A stretch of DNA of 64,000 nt from Patescibacteria group bacterium. GTDB lineage: Bacteria > Patescibacteriota > Minisyncoccia > Phycocordibacterales > Phycocordibacteraceae. The position numbers were made by a program, and so were the translations under genes. The stretch's first letter is position 1, and every line of letters begins with the position of its first letter. Positions 28,382 to 38,013 of this stretch are shown piece by piece. The notes under the pieces are model-generated. The model saw only the letters and a program-made list of their open reading frames with translations. It did not search any database and was not told the origin of the DNA. Where the stretch lies: positions 36,963 through 100,962 of the forward strand of contig JAHJYC010000003.1 in assembly GCA_018826905.1 (NCBI GenBank), written 5' to 3'.

Positions 28382-28842
28382 GTTCTCCGATACCGGCCAA
28401 TTAGTTCTACGCGTTCAAGCACGTGTCCGTCTAATGCATCTTCAACGTGCTCTCTTGAGGAGCCGGGGGGCAGATCAAGCATCGTATCTAGAGCGAAAAG
28501 TTTAAAGAAGTACCGATGTTCTGCCGGATCGTATTCAGGAGGCGGACATGGCCCTGTGTACTGTGCGTCTCCTCTCGTGTTCATACCAAGGTGTCCTGGA
28601 TGCGTGCCCTCGGGAATCTCTTCAGTGTCGGCGGGAATATTAAAAAGTACCCAGTGCGTAAAAAGCTTGTCGGGGAGTATCTCAGCAGGCACATCTGGAT
28701 CGTCTGCAATAAGCACAAAGGATTTGGTATCCTCGGGAGCATCTTCTATATATAGAGGAGGGGACAAAAACCTATCTCCATCGCAAGTGTACTTAGTTGG
28801 GATGAGTTCTCCGTCTTCAAATGCAGGACTGGTTAGTTTCAT
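28378..28842 (-). CDS. YbhB/YbcL (PEBP) family protein
   Basis: SPAF, DDPD, FTHWVLFNIP, YTGPCPP and HRYFFKLFALD motifs. Confidence 0.9.
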   Translation of the reverse strand: MKLTSPAFEDGELIPTKYTCDGDRFLSPPLYIEDAPEDTKSFVLIADDPDVPAEILPDKLFTHWVLFNIPADTEEIPEGTHPGHLGMNTRGDAQYTGPCPPPEYDPAEHRYFFKLFALDTMLDLPPGSSREHVEDALDGHVLERVELIGRYRRT

Positions 28843-29060
28843 TTTAGCAGTGTACTAGAGGCGGAGTGAATGCTTGATGAGTTAATCCTACTTTAATAAT
28901 GCCCACGCAACTAAATTGGATTTGGAACATGATCTAGATTTGTATTTGCATGGTTCGCTTTACACAATAAGATTTACAAATCTGGGCTTAGCATCGCACA
29001 TTGAAGTGAGTGTATAATTATCCGAATGGGAACACTCGGTCCGAAACGAGCACCAAAGAC

Positions 29061-30041
29061 ATGATAACGAATGATCTGTACTCCAAAATTCTCCTAGAAC
29101 CCGCCGAAAGGGGAGGCGATGAATTGTTTATTGTCAGCGGATATGCGTCTGCCACATTTGCAAGACGTCACTTAAAAGATTTGTCTGAACGCAAAGAAGA
29201 CACAAAAATAAACCTAATTATTGGGATGCCAAAGAATACGGTGGACCATAATGCCTATTTACAACTGCACACTGAATTTGGCAACAGGTTTCGTGGCTAC
29301 TACCTGAAGTCAACGCCACCAGTCCATAGTAAAGTGTTCACTTGGTTTAATTCAGGCAAACCTCAAGAGGCATACAGCGGTTCTGCCAACTATAGTCAGT
29401 ATGGCTTTTTTGAGGACAAGCAAAGAAACCAGATGGTTAGTGACAACTCTATAGAAATAAAAAATTTCTTTGATGATCTGCTGAGTTCATCCATATTTAT
29501 GCCGCATGCTGAGATAGATAACTCAGCAGTCTTCTACAGGGTACAGAAAGTTCATGGAAGTGTACCGGCAGGAGGCGTAGAGTGGATAGAGTTAGGGAAA
29601 ACAGTGAGAATTAGTTTCCTAGATAAAAAGGGTATGTTGCCTCCAGTTTCAGGACTGAACTGGGGACAGAGGAAAGAGAAGAGAATAAACAAAGGAACGG
29701 GTGAAGTAAAATATGTGCTACGAGAAAAGAACCAAGCGTACTTGAGTTTAAAGGGTGATGTTAGAGAAGAAGGTTTCCTTCCTAAGATGGCATATAACTT
29801 CACTTTACTAACCGATGACAACGCTTCCTTTGATTGCGTAGTTGCACAGGAGGGCAGGAAAGCAATTCATTCTACAAATGACAACAGTGAACTAGGTAGG
29901 TATTTTCGTAAAAGACTAGGGCTTGAGCCAGGAGCTTTTGTTACAGTTGAAGACTTGGAGCGATACGGAAGAACCGACTATACTTTGTCTAAAATTGACG
30001 ATGAGAACTTCCTATTGGATTTTTCCGTAAAGCCAAATTAA
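29061..30041 (+). CDS. Type II restriction endonuclease, PLD-fold (NgoFVII-like)
   Basis: IVSGYAS, HSKV and GSANYS PLD motifs; 'SGLNWGQ' and 'LGRYFRKRLG'; convergent with a C5 methyltransferase; AT-richer than its flanks. Confidence 0.8.
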   Translation: MITNDLYSKILLEPAERGGDELFIVSGYASATFARRHLKDLSERKEDTKINLIIGMPKNTVDHNAYLQLHTEFGNRFRGYYLKSTPPVHSKVFTWFNSGKPQEAYSGSANYSQYGFFEDKQRNQMVSDNSIEIKNFFDDLLSSSIFMPHAEIDNSAVFYRVQKVHGSVPAGGVEWIELGKTVRISFLDKKGMLPPVSGLNWGQRKEKRINKGTGEVKYVLREKNQAYLSLKGDVREEGFLPKMAYNFTLLTDDNASFDCVVAQEGRKAIHSTNDNSELGRYFRKRLGLEPGAFVTVEDLERYGRTDYTLSKIDDENFLLDFSVKPN

Positions 30042-31135
30042 AAAATATCGTTTTTAATTTCTTCAATAGAGAATTTAGAATCTACCGACGGGTAAGGGAT
30101 CCCTGCAAAAGTCTTAAGAACAGCTTCTACAATTATTTTTGCACCAAGCGGAGGTACCGCCATGCCTATTTGCTTTCTTACACTCTCCTTTGGGCCTTTA
30201 AAAATAAAATTGTCAGGGAAGCTCTGTATTCGGGCCCTTTCGCGGTTTGTAAGTGCACGTGGTTCTATCCAGTGATACACATGTGTGCCACCACCTCCGC
30301 TTCCTGTGATTGTGTAAGATGGCTTATTGGGATCAAGACGCTTATAAATTTGGCTCATCTTAGCTCCTTTGACATTAAGTCGAAGATGTTTAGGGAGACC
30401 TTCATACCACGCGTTTTCGCCGGCAGGAATATGCAAAAGACGTTCAATTACGTGAGTAGCTTGCTTAGTGTGTTCATTATTGGACACTTCTTTGGGTATT
30501 GGCGGCTTCTCAAGGGCCATCTTTGCTGTGACAGGTTTATTCTTTGTGGTTGGAGCAGGAATTCTGAACTCAAGTCCTTGGTCTTTTCTTATCCCAATAA
30601 TTACAACGCGGTGCCTTTGTTGAGGAACGCCATATTCCTCGAATTTATATAGATGAGGGTATAGATTGTATCCCTTACCTGCAGCCTGAAGATCGGTAAG
30701 AATTTTCTTAAAGGCCTCACCTCCGTTTGCGCTCTGTAGACCGCCAACATTTTCAGCAAAAAACCATAGAGGGTTATGTTCATTTATTGCTTTTACACCA
30801 TATGTATAAAGGGGACCATATTTGCCGTTAAATCCTTTCTGCTTGCCAACTAAACTGAAATCGTTGCATGGAAAACCAAAAGCCAAGGCATCAAATTTAG
30901 GGATTTTTTTGAAATCAACTTTTTCAACAGGGCCACAGAAGACTCTTTTCTGGTTACCATGATGTATGTTTAACGCGTATGTTTGGCAGGTGTCCTCATC
31001 AATATCATTGGCCCAAACTGGAACTACCTTATACACAGCATTGCCTTTTTTCACCTCTGCCATGGAGGCGCCAAGACTTAGACCGCCTGGGCCACAGAAC
31101 AGCTCGGCAAAACGGAATTCTACCTTCTTTTTCAT
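30038..31135 (-). CDS. dcm: DNA cytosine-5 methyltransferase
   Basis: ELFCGPGG (I), GFPC (IV), ENV (VI), PQQRHRV (VIII), RERARIQSFP (IX), QIGMAVPP (X). Confidence 0.93.
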   Translation of the reverse strand: MKKKVEFRFAELFCGPGGLSLGASMAEVKKGNAVYKVVPVWANDIDEDTCQTYALNIHHGNQKRVFCGPVEKVDFKKIPKFDALAFGFPCNDFSLVGKQKGFNGKYGPLYTYGVKAINEHNPLWFFAENVGGLQSANGGEAFKKILTDLQAAGKGYNLYPHLYKFEEYGVPQQRHRVVIIGIRKDQGLEFRIPAPTTKNKPVTAKMALEKPPIPKEVSNNEHTKQATHVIERLLHIPAGENAWYEGLPKHLRLNVKGAKMSQIYKRLDPNKPSYTITGSGGGGTHVYHWIEPRALTNRERARIQSFPDNFIFKGPKESVRKQIGMAVPPLGAKIIVEAVLKTFAGIPYPSVDSKFSIEEIKNDIF

Positions 31136-31286
31136 AATAAGAATCCTAGCACTATAGTAATAATTTTGCAGCAACGAAATTTAAGTACCCTAACTTATAA
31201 GCTAGGGTACTGCCTCAGTTGCCCGGCACTAGCGATTGATAGGATTCACTCCATGATAGGCGCTATACCCCATGTGTAGGAAATGG

Positions 31287-31315
31287 TTGCATTTCCAGAG
31301 CAGCTCTTATATAGT
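31287..31315 (+). promoter_or_regulatory. rpsL promoter
   Basis: TTGCAT-N17-TATAGT. Confidence 0.7.
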
Positions 31316-31351
31316 GCTTTTAGCTCCCACGGGGGAGTTTTCATTTGCTGC

Positions 31352-31762
31352 ATGGCTACAATAAATCAACTCACCAAGAAAGCTCGTAAGAATACAACCA
31401 AGAAAACTAAGGTTGTGGCTCTTGGTCGTGGATTTAATGCACTTAAGAACCGTCCTACGTTTTACCCTGCTCCGTTTAAGCGCGGTGTATGTGTAAAAGT
31501 AACGACAAAAACCCCTCGTAAGCCTAACTCTGCTATTCGTAAGATCGCTCGTGTGCGCCTTACAAACGGTATGGAAGTAACGGCATATATCCCTGGAGAG
31601 GGACACAACCTCCAAGAGCACTCAGTAGTTATGCTTCGCGGTGGACGCGTGAAGGACATTGGTGTTCAGTACACTATCGTTCGCGGACGCCTTGATACTG
31701 CTGGTCTTGATAAGCGCCGCCGTGGTCGCTCTAAGTACGGAGCTAAAAAGCCTAAGGCATAG
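31352..31762 (+). CDS. rpsL: 30S ribosomal protein S12
   Basis: MATINQL...[18 protein letters not shown]...[10 protein letters not shown]; start moved to the ATG at 31352. Confidence 0.97.
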   Translation: MATINQLTKKARKNTTKKTKVVALGRGFNALKNRPTFYPAPFKRGVCVKVTTKTPRKPNSAIRKIARVRLTNGMEVTAYIPGEGHNLQEHSVVMLRGGRVKDIGVQYTIVRGRLDTAGLDKRRRGRSKYGAKKPKA

Positions 31763-31774
31763 TTTTAAAACATC

Positions 31775-32239
31775 ATGCGACACCCAGTAAAGAACAAGTA
31801 CCCACGCCGTCCGGACCTCGTATACCAGTCCGAAGCTATTTCACGTTTCATTAACACTGTTATGTGGGACGGAAAGAAAGATACAGCCACTAAGCTCGTA
31901 TACGACGCACTAGACCTCATCAAGGCACAGGAGATGGACCCCCTAGAGACATTTGAGACTGCTATCCGCAACGTCTCTCCGCTCATGGAAGTTCGTTCAC
32001 GACGCGTCGGAGGTGCAAACTACCAGGTTCCTCGTGAAGTACCTCAGCAGCGCCGCGTATCTCTCGCATACCGCTGGCTCATTAACGCAGCGCGCTCTCA
32101 GAAGGGAAAGCCAATGGCACAGAAGCTTGCAAATGAGATTCTCCTTGCCGTTAAGAACGAGGGAACTGCAATTAAAAAGAAGGACGACATGCACCGCATG
32201 GCAGATGCCAACAAGGCCTTCGCACACTTCGCCTGGTAA
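31775..32239 (+). CDS. rpsG: 30S ribosomal protein S7
   Basis: MWDGKK, EVRSRRVGGANYQVP and HRMADANKAFAHF motifs. Confidence 0.97.
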   Translation: MRHPVKNKYPRRPDLVYQSEAISRFINTVMWDGKKDTATKLVYDALDLIKAQEMDPLETFETAIRNVSPLMEVRSRRVGGANYQVPREVPQQRRVSLAYRWLINAARSQKGKPMAQKLANEILLAVKNEGTAIKKKDDMHRMADANKAFAHFAW

Positions 32240-32251
32240 CAAACTAACAAG

Positions 32252-32276
32252 AGACCGCCCAACGAGGCGGTTTTTT
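32252..32276 (+). terminator. Intrinsic terminator after rpsG
   Basis: accgcc-caacga-ggcggt followed by ttttt. Confidence 0.8.
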
Positions 32277-32292
32277 GATGCCCTATGTACTA

Positions 32293-32321
32293 TTGACAAA
32301 TATGGTGTATTGTGCTATGTT
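32293..32321 (+). promoter_or_regulatory. Near-consensus promoter of the 32381 mini-gene
   Basis: TTGACA-N17-TATGTT with extended -10 TG. Confidence 0.75.
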
Positions 32322-32380
32322 GGTAAGGAAGTGCTTGCTGTTTCCATTCGTTCAACAAAGTCCTGAGGAGGGACACGACA

Positions 32381-32632
32381 ATGACCAAGACACAGACCAA
32401 AGAAGAGGTCTTCAACTTCATGAACCGTCTGGGCCTGATCATCGCCATCACGGGTGTTCTGGTGATGGTGCCCGGCGCCTATCTGACCCTCCACGTCGCC
32501 TTCTTCGGCGTCGCGGACCCGGCCGTCACCGGCGCCCTCATCTTCGGTTCCTACCTGGGTGGCGGCGCTACGCTGGCCGTCGGGCTGGCCCTCAAGGGCA
32601 TCGCCTGGGTCACCCGCTTCGGCTGGCACTGA
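32381..32632 (+). CDS. SD-led, GC3-rich mini-gene; 2-TM membrane protein (83 aa)
   Basis: GAGGAGGG at 32365-32372; C/G-ending codons; two hydrophobic helices. Confidence 0.75.
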   Translation: MTKTQTKEEVFNFMNRLGLIIAITGVLVMVPGAYLTLHVAFFGVADPAVTGALIFGSYLGGGATLAVGLALKGIAWVTRFGWH

Positions 32633-32636
32633 CCAC

Positions 32637-32756
32637 GTGTCTTTCTTCAAAGACACAGAACTCGGAAGAGCTCTGGACATCCTCGGCGCCGTGATCATCA
32701 TCGCCGTGGTGTCGCACCCTCTGTTCCAGGGATGGTTGGTTTCAGTCGTGAGCTGA
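32637..32756 (+). CDS. Small single-TM peptide (39 aa), probably coupled to the upstream mini-gene
   Basis: GTG 4 nt after the previous stop; (M)SFFKDTELGRALDILGAVIIIAVVSHPLFQGWLVSVVS; GC-rich codons; terminator at 32769-32810. Confidence 0.5.
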   Translation: MSFFKDTELGRALDILGAVIIIAVVSHPLFQGWLVSVVS

Positions 32757-32810
32757 ACGAACACAAAAGGGCTCGGACCGCAGCGATATGCGTGGTCCGG
32801 GCTCTTTCTC

Positions 32811-32839
32811 TTTACATATATGGGTTCTGGGAGTACTTT
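32811..32839 (+). promoter_or_regulatory. Promoter of the 32890 mini-gene
   Basis: TTTACA-N17-TACTTT. Confidence 0.6.
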
Positions 32840-32889
32840 TTCAGTTCAACTGAAGTCCTTTCAGTTGGAAGTTCAAGGAGGGAAGAGAG

Positions 32890-33099
32890 ATGTCGCTTAA
32901 GAAGATGCTTGGTGTTCCGGTGCTGATTTCGGCCGGGCTCGCGCTCATCATCGCTGCCACCAATACGATCGCACATGCAGGTGGCGCGAAGACGCCCGAA
33001 GACCAGCTGGTGATCGCCTTCGGTCTCGGCGTCGGGATCTGTATCCTTTTCGGTGCTGGTTTTCTGGCCGCCTGGCCGAAGAATCCTCAGCAGCCCTGA
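32890..33099 (+). CDS. SD-led, GC3-rich mini-gene; 2-TM membrane protein (69 aa)
   Basis: AAGGAGGG at 32875-32882, preceded by hairpin ttcaactgaa/ttcagttggaa; terminator at 33117-33149. Confidence 0.72.
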   Translation: MSLKKMLGVPVLISAGLALIIAATNTIAHAGGAKTPEDQLVIAFGLGVGICILFGAGFLAAWPKNPQQP

Positions 33100-33218
33100 C
33101 CAACACAGAACATTCAAGCCCGAGCGCAAAGCGCCCGGGCCTTTTTCTTGCCTTTTCCTGCTCCTAAACGTATCTTATAGCTAACGCCCTGGCGGCTTTT
33201 ATTTTATTTATACCTACT

Positions 33219-35366
33219 ATGAATCGCGATTATCCCCTAGAGAAAGTGCGCAACTTCGGAATTGTGGCCCACGTGGACGCAGGAAAGACGACTACGTCTG
33301 AACGCGTGCTCTACTACACAGGTTCCCAGCACAAAATTGGTGAGGTGCACGAAGGAGAGACCACCACTGACTGGATGGAACAAGAGCGTGAGCGCGGAAT
33401 CACTATTACCGCAGCGGCTATTACCTGTTTCTGGACTCGTACAAATGAACCAGACAAGAAGGACCTTGCTAAGAAGTACCGTTTCAATGTGATTGATACG
33501 CCAGGACACATTGACTTCACTGCTGAGGTAAAGCGCTCTATGCGCGTGCTTGATGGAGCTATTGTGGTGTTTGACGGCGTGGCTGGTGTTGAGCCACAGT
33601 CTGAGACTAACTGGCGCTACGCTGACGAAGCGGGAGTACCTCGTGTTTGTTTCATCAACAAGCTAGACCGCACCGGAGCGTCTTTTGAAGACTCATACAA
33701 GTCTATTCTTGATCGTCTTTCAAAGAAGGCTGTGCGTGCTCAGATCCCTATGGGAGCTGAGGGAGACTTTGAGGGAGTAGTGGACCTTCTTTCTATGAAG
33801 GCCTTCACGTTCTCTGGAAACATGGGAGAGGAGGTTACTGAAGGAGAGGTGCCAGAGAAGTACGTAGAGGAGGCAAAGAAGTATCGCGCTGAGTTTATTG
33901 AGCGCATCGTTGAGCACGACGAAGAGCAAATGAATGCCTTTTTTGAAGGAAACGAGCCATCTCTAGAAGATCTTAAGAAAACGCTTCGCAAGGCAGTTAT
34001 CGCAAACGAGATTTTCCCTGTGTACACCGGGTCTGCCCTTAAGAACAAGGGAGTACAGCTCGTACTTGATGCAGTTGTTGATTATCTTCCAAGCCCGCTA
34101 GACCTTCCTCCTGTTAAGGGATTGAACCCAAAGACAGGTGAAGAGATTGAACGAAAGGCAGATGACGCTGAACCGTTTACAGCGCTTGCGTTCAAGCTTC
34201 AGACTGACCCATTCGTGGGAGCACTCACGTTCTTCCGTGTGTATGCGGGAACAGTAGCTGCAGGCTCCTATGTATACAACTCAAGCACAGGAACAAAGGA
34301 GCGTGTTGGACGTATTGTACGTCTGCAGGCAGACAAGCGTGAGGAAGTAGATAAGGTGTTCACCGGAGAGATTGCCGCTATGGTGGGTCTTAAGGACACA
34401 AAGACGTCACACACTCTCTGCGATGAAGCAAATCCAATTGTGCTTGAAGAGATTAAGTTCCCTGAGCCAGTGGTATCCCTTCGTATTGAGCCAAAGACAA
34501 AGGCGGACCAGGAGAAGATGGGTATGGCGCTTCGCAAGCTTGCTGATGAAGATCCTACCTTCAAGGTAACGACTGATGACGAGACTGCTGAGACAATTAT
34601 GGCAGGTATGGGTGAGCTGCATCTTGAGATTCTCGTTGATCGTATGAAGCGCGAGTTTAATGTGGAAGCGAATGTCGGTAAGCCACAGGTGGCATACCGC
34701 GAAACCATCCTTGGTGCTGCTGACGTGGACAACAAGTACATCAAGCAGACGGGAGGTAAGGGTCAGTACGGACACGTGAAGATTAAGATCAAGCATCTTG
34801 AGCCAGTTGATCCTGAAGCAAAGGTTGCGAAGAACGTTACTCGTGAAGATCACTTTGAGTTCATCAACAACATCAAGGGAGGTGTTATTCCTCAGGAGTA
34901 CATCAACCCTATTGAAAAGGGTATTCGCGAAGCAATGAATCGCGGAGTGCTTGCGGGGTATCAGATGGTAGATGTGTCTGTTGATCTCTATGACGGATCA
35001 TTCCACGAAGTGGACTCGTCTGAAATCGCTTTCAAGATTGCCGCTTCTCAGGCATTCCAGGAAGCAGCACAGAAAGCAAAGCCAGTTATCCTTGAGCCAA
35101 TTATGAATGTTGAAGTGGTTATCCCTGAGCAGTTCATGGGTGACATCACGGGCTCACTTTCAGGAAAGCGCGGGGCTATTGAGGGTATGGAGGATCGTGG
35201 AATGAATAAAGCTGTACACGCGAAGGTGCCGCTTTCAGAAATGTTCGGATATACCACAACCCTTCGCTCAATGACTGAAGGACGTGGATCTATGACTATG
35301 GAGTTTGATCACTACGAAGTAGTGCCAAGCAACGTAGCGCAGGATATTATCGCGAGCCGCAAGTAA
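33219..35366 (+). CDS. fusA: Elongation factor G
   Basis: AHVDAGKTT, ERGITIT, DTPGHIDF, NKLDR and MGELHL motifs; promoter TTGCCT-N17-TATCTT at 33148-33176. Confidence 0.98.
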   Translation: MNRDYPLEKVRNFGIVAHVDAGKTTTSERVLYYTGSQHKIGEVHEGETTTDWMEQERERGITITAAAITCFWTRTNEPDKKDLAKKYRFNVIDTPGHIDFTAEVKRSMRVLDGAIVVFDGVAGVEPQSETNWRYADEAGVPRVCFINKLDRTGASFEDSYKSILDRLSKKAVRAQIPMGAEGDFEGVVDLLSMKAFTFSGNMGEEVTEGEVPEKYVEEAKKYRAEFIERIVEHDEEQMNAFFEGNEPSLEDLKKTLRKAVIANEIFPVYTGSALKNKGVQLVLDAVVDYLPSPLDLPPVKGLNPKTGEEIERKADDAEPFTALAFKLQTDPFVGALTFFRVYAGTVAAGSYVYNSSTGTKERVGRIVRLQADKREEVDKVFTGEIAAMVGLKDTKTSHTLCDEANPIVLEEIKFPEPVVSLRIEPKTKADQEKMGMALRKLADEDPTFKVTTDDETAETIMAGMGELHLEILVDRMKREFNVEANVGKPQVAYRETILGAADVDNKYIKQTGGKGQYGHVKIKIKHLEPVDPEAKVAKNVTREDHFEFINNIKGGVIPQEYINPIEKGIREAMNRGVLAGYQMVDVSVDLYDGSFHEVDSSEIAFKIAASQAFQEAAQKAKPVILEPIMNVEVVIPEQFMGDITGSLSGKRGAIEGMEDRGMNKAVHAKVPLSEMFGYTTTLRSMTEGRGSMTMEFDHYEVVPSNVAQDIIASRK

Positions 35367-35431
35367 AAAGATAAAGGTTTGTACACAAAACCGCCTCAGT
35401 AAGGGGCGGTTTTGTGCTACGGTGTACCTAT

Positions 35432-36058
35432 ATGACCAAACGAACTAAAGCTTTCCTTGCTGTTTTTGTAGTAGTTGCCCTTGGTGCGTACGGATATTTG
35501 TATTGGTGGGCAAATACTCCAGAGCACGGAGTCTTTGATTCTATCCCTATCGTGCGTGAGGTGTCGGACTCTCTTTCAAAGGGAGTAGTGCGTACTCCAG
35601 TTGTTGAGGAAGAGGCAGTAGTAGAAGAAGAGGAGAGTGTTCCTGTTGATACACAGACCTATAAGACATATGAGAACACTACGCAGAAGTTCAGCTTGGA
35701 CTATCCGGACACTTGGATTCCAACCGTTACGAACATAGACGGTGTTATGACGCTCTGTATCACTGATACTGAAGCAACGGGCCCTTGCATGCTTACCGTT
35801 GAGAGCGAAGCAGAGGGTGTGAATGTGAGCGAGGAGAAGACTTATATTGCGCTTAAGGCTGAGTACCGCGCTGGCAAGCTTACTGAGCTTGAGCGCGCTG
35901 TTGGCGGAGAGATGGGACGATTGCTCCGTATTTCAGGAGAACCAACAGTGAGTCGTGTGGTGGTATTCAGTCACGAAGGACGTGTCTACACTGTTTCAGC
36001 CCTTGAAGGACAGGAAACTGTATTTGATCGGGCAACTGAGTCCTTTAGATTCCAGTAA
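35432..36058 (+). CDS. Membrane-anchored PsbP-like hypothetical protein
   Basis: N-terminal TM; 'YKTYENTTQKFSLDYPDTW' and C-terminal 'FDRATESFRF'. Confidence 0.65.
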   Translation: MTKRTKAFLAVFVVVALGAYGYLYWWANTPEHGVFDSIPIVREVSDSLSKGVVRTPVVEEEAVVEEEESVPVDTQTYKTYENTTQKFSLDYPDTWIPTVTNIDGVMTLCITDTEATGPCMLTVESEAEGVNVSEEKTYIALKAEYRAGKLTELERAVGGEMGRLLRISGEPTVSRVVVFSHEGRVYTVSALEGQETVFDRATESFRFQ

Positions 36059-36122
36059 ACCCAACATTTCGGAACAGGCAGGCAGCAGTGCCTGCCTGTT
36101 CCCATTTTAGGCAGATATTTTC

Positions 36123-36151
36123 TTGACCTTTGTTACTCGCTCCGGTACCTT
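36123..36151 (+). promoter_or_regulatory. tuf promoter
   Basis: TTGACC-N17-TACCTT, downstream of the terminator hairpin at 36071-36108. Confidence 0.65.
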
Positions 36152-36314
36152 AAGAAGTAACGCGAAATACGGCGCTCTTTTCAATATTCCTCTCCATACG
36201 GAGCCTGGGATGGCTGAAAGACGTTGCGCGGGTTATGCCCAACGCCTTGGTCGCCTGGTTTCAGGCAGGCGCGGCAGCATGTTATTCAACTAGCTACCAG
36301 TAATTTTAGAACGT

Positions 36315-37517
36315 ATGGCAGATGTATTTGATCGCAGCAAGCCGCACATGAACGTGGGTACTATTGGCCACGTTGACCACGGCAAGACGACCCTAACGGC
36401 GTCAATCCTTAATGTGCTTAACCTAAACGCTGACAAGGGCTACAAGGCTCGTGCAGAGAAGGTTGAGAACATCGACAACGCTCCTGAAGAGAAGGCGCGT
36501 GGTATTACCATTGCTCTTCACCACTCGGAGTACGAGAGCCCAAACCGTCACTACGCACACATTGACGCTCCAGGCCACGCCGACTACATCAAGAACATGA
36601 TCACAGGAGCCGCTCAGATGGACGGCGCTGTGCTCGTAGTCGCCGCGACCGACGGCGCGATGCCGCAGACCCGCGAGCACATTCTCCTAGCTAAGCAGGT
36701 TGGTGTGCCTCGTCTCATCATCTTCCTCAACAAGGTTGATATGGTTGATGATGCAGACATGCTAGACCTCGTGGAGGAAGAGATCCGTGAACTTCTTACG
36801 AAGCAGGGATACGACGGTGCAGAGACTCCAATTATCCGCGGTTCTGGACTCAAGGCTCTTGAGGCAACCAGCGCAGATGATGAGTACGCACTCAAAGTGA
36901 AGGAGCTTGTTGACACTATGGACAGCTACTTCCCGCAGCCAGAGCGCGAGCTTGATAAGCCATTCCTTATGCCAATTGAGGACATCTTCTCAATTGAAGG
37001 ACGTGGAACCGTTATCACTGGTCGCATTGAGCGCGGTGTGGTTAAGGTTGGTGAGGAAATTGAGATCGTTGGTCTCAAGGACACCGTTAAGACCACCGTT
37101 ACCGGTATTGAGATGTTCAACAAGCAGCTCCAGGAGGGACAGGCTGGCGACAACGCTGGTATCCTTCTTCGCGGAACTAAGAAGGAGGACGTACATCGCG
37201 GACAGGTTCTTGCGAAGGTAGGTTCTGTAAAGCCGCACACTGAGTTTGAGGCTGAGGTATACGTTCTTTCTAAGGACGAGGGTGGACGTCATACTCCATT
37301 CTTCTCAGGCTACAAGCCTCAGTTCTATGTTCGTACAACGGACGTAACTGGAGAGGTAACCCTTCCAGACGGAAAGGAGATGGTTATGCCGGGTGACACT
37401 GTTACCTTCAAGGTAAAGCTCACTGCACCAATCGCACTTGAGGACAACTTCCGTTTCTCAGTACGTGAGGGAGGACGCACTGTAGGTGCTGGCGTGGTCA
37501 CGAAGATCATCGCGTAA
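36315..37517 (+). CDS. tuf: Elongation factor Tu
   Basis: [28 protein letters not shown] and [10 protein letters not shown] motifs. Confidence 0.98.
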   Translation: MADVFDRSKPHMNVGTIGHVDHGKTTLTASILNVLNLNADKGYKARAEKVENIDNAPEEKARGITIALHHSEYESPNRHYAHIDAPGHADYIKNMITGAAQMDGAVLVVAATDGAMPQTREHILLAKQVGVPRLIIFLNKVDMVDDADMLDLVEEEIRELLTKQGYDGAETPIIRGSGLKALEATSADDEYALKVKELVDTMDSYFPQPERELDKPFLMPIEDIFSIEGRGTVITGRIERGVVKVGEEIEIVGLKDTVKTTVTGIEMFNKQLQEGQAGDNAGILLRGTKKEDVHRGQVLAKVGSVKPHTEFEAEVYVLSKDEGGRHTPFFSGYKPQFYVRTTDVTGEVTLPDGKEMVMPGDTVTFKVKLTAPIALEDNFRFSVREGGRTVGAGVVTKIIA

Positions 37518-37540
37518 GTTTCCTGGATTATCTTACTCGT

Positions 37541-37897
37541 ATGGCAACCACCACAAAGAAGACCGTAAAGAAAGAGGCTGCGCCAGCAGGCGAGCCAAAG
37601 CTCCGGATCCGGGTACGTGCCTACGAGCACAAAATCCTGGATCTCTCAGTGAAGCAGATCATGGACACAGCAGCTCGCTTTGAAGCGAAGACTGTTGGAC
37701 CAGTTCCGCTTCCAACTGAAATTAAGCGTTGGACCGTTAACCGCTCAACCTTCGTGCATAAGGATGCACGTGAGCAGTTTGAAATGCGCATCCACAAGCG
37801 TCTTATAGACATCCTTTCGCCAAACCCAAAGGTTATTGAGGCTCTCACGAATCTCACCCTTCCTTCTGGAGTGACGATTGATGTAAAGATGGTCTAG
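37541..37897 (+). CDS. rpsJ: 30S ribosomal protein S10
   Basis: RIRVRAYEH, GPVPLPT and REQFEMRIHKRLIDI; followed by a terminator at 37916-37941. Confidence 0.97.
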   Translation: MATTTKKTVKKEAAPAGEPKLRIRVRAYEHKILDLSVKQIMDTAARFEAKTVGPVPLPTEIKRWTVNRSTFVHKDAREQFEMRIHKRLIDILSPNPKVIEALTNLTLPSGVTIDVKMV

Positions 37898-38013
37898 TCC
37901 CGAGAGGGATAGAAGCAAAACCGCCCGAGAGGGCGGTTTTGTGTTGTGCTAGCACCTGCAAGAATTGCTTTTTTCTTCTGCTATTATGACGGACATACTC
38001 CTATGATGTCTTC

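Noticed and set aside
28860-29060. AT-rich spacer before the restriction endonuclease as a controller (C protein) gene or remnant
   Set aside because: No convincing ORF or HTH motif, and no C-box-like repeats were seen.
36152-36314. tRNA upstream of tuf
   Set aside because: No T-loop GTTCRA, cloverleaf or CCA end; treated as a structured leader instead.
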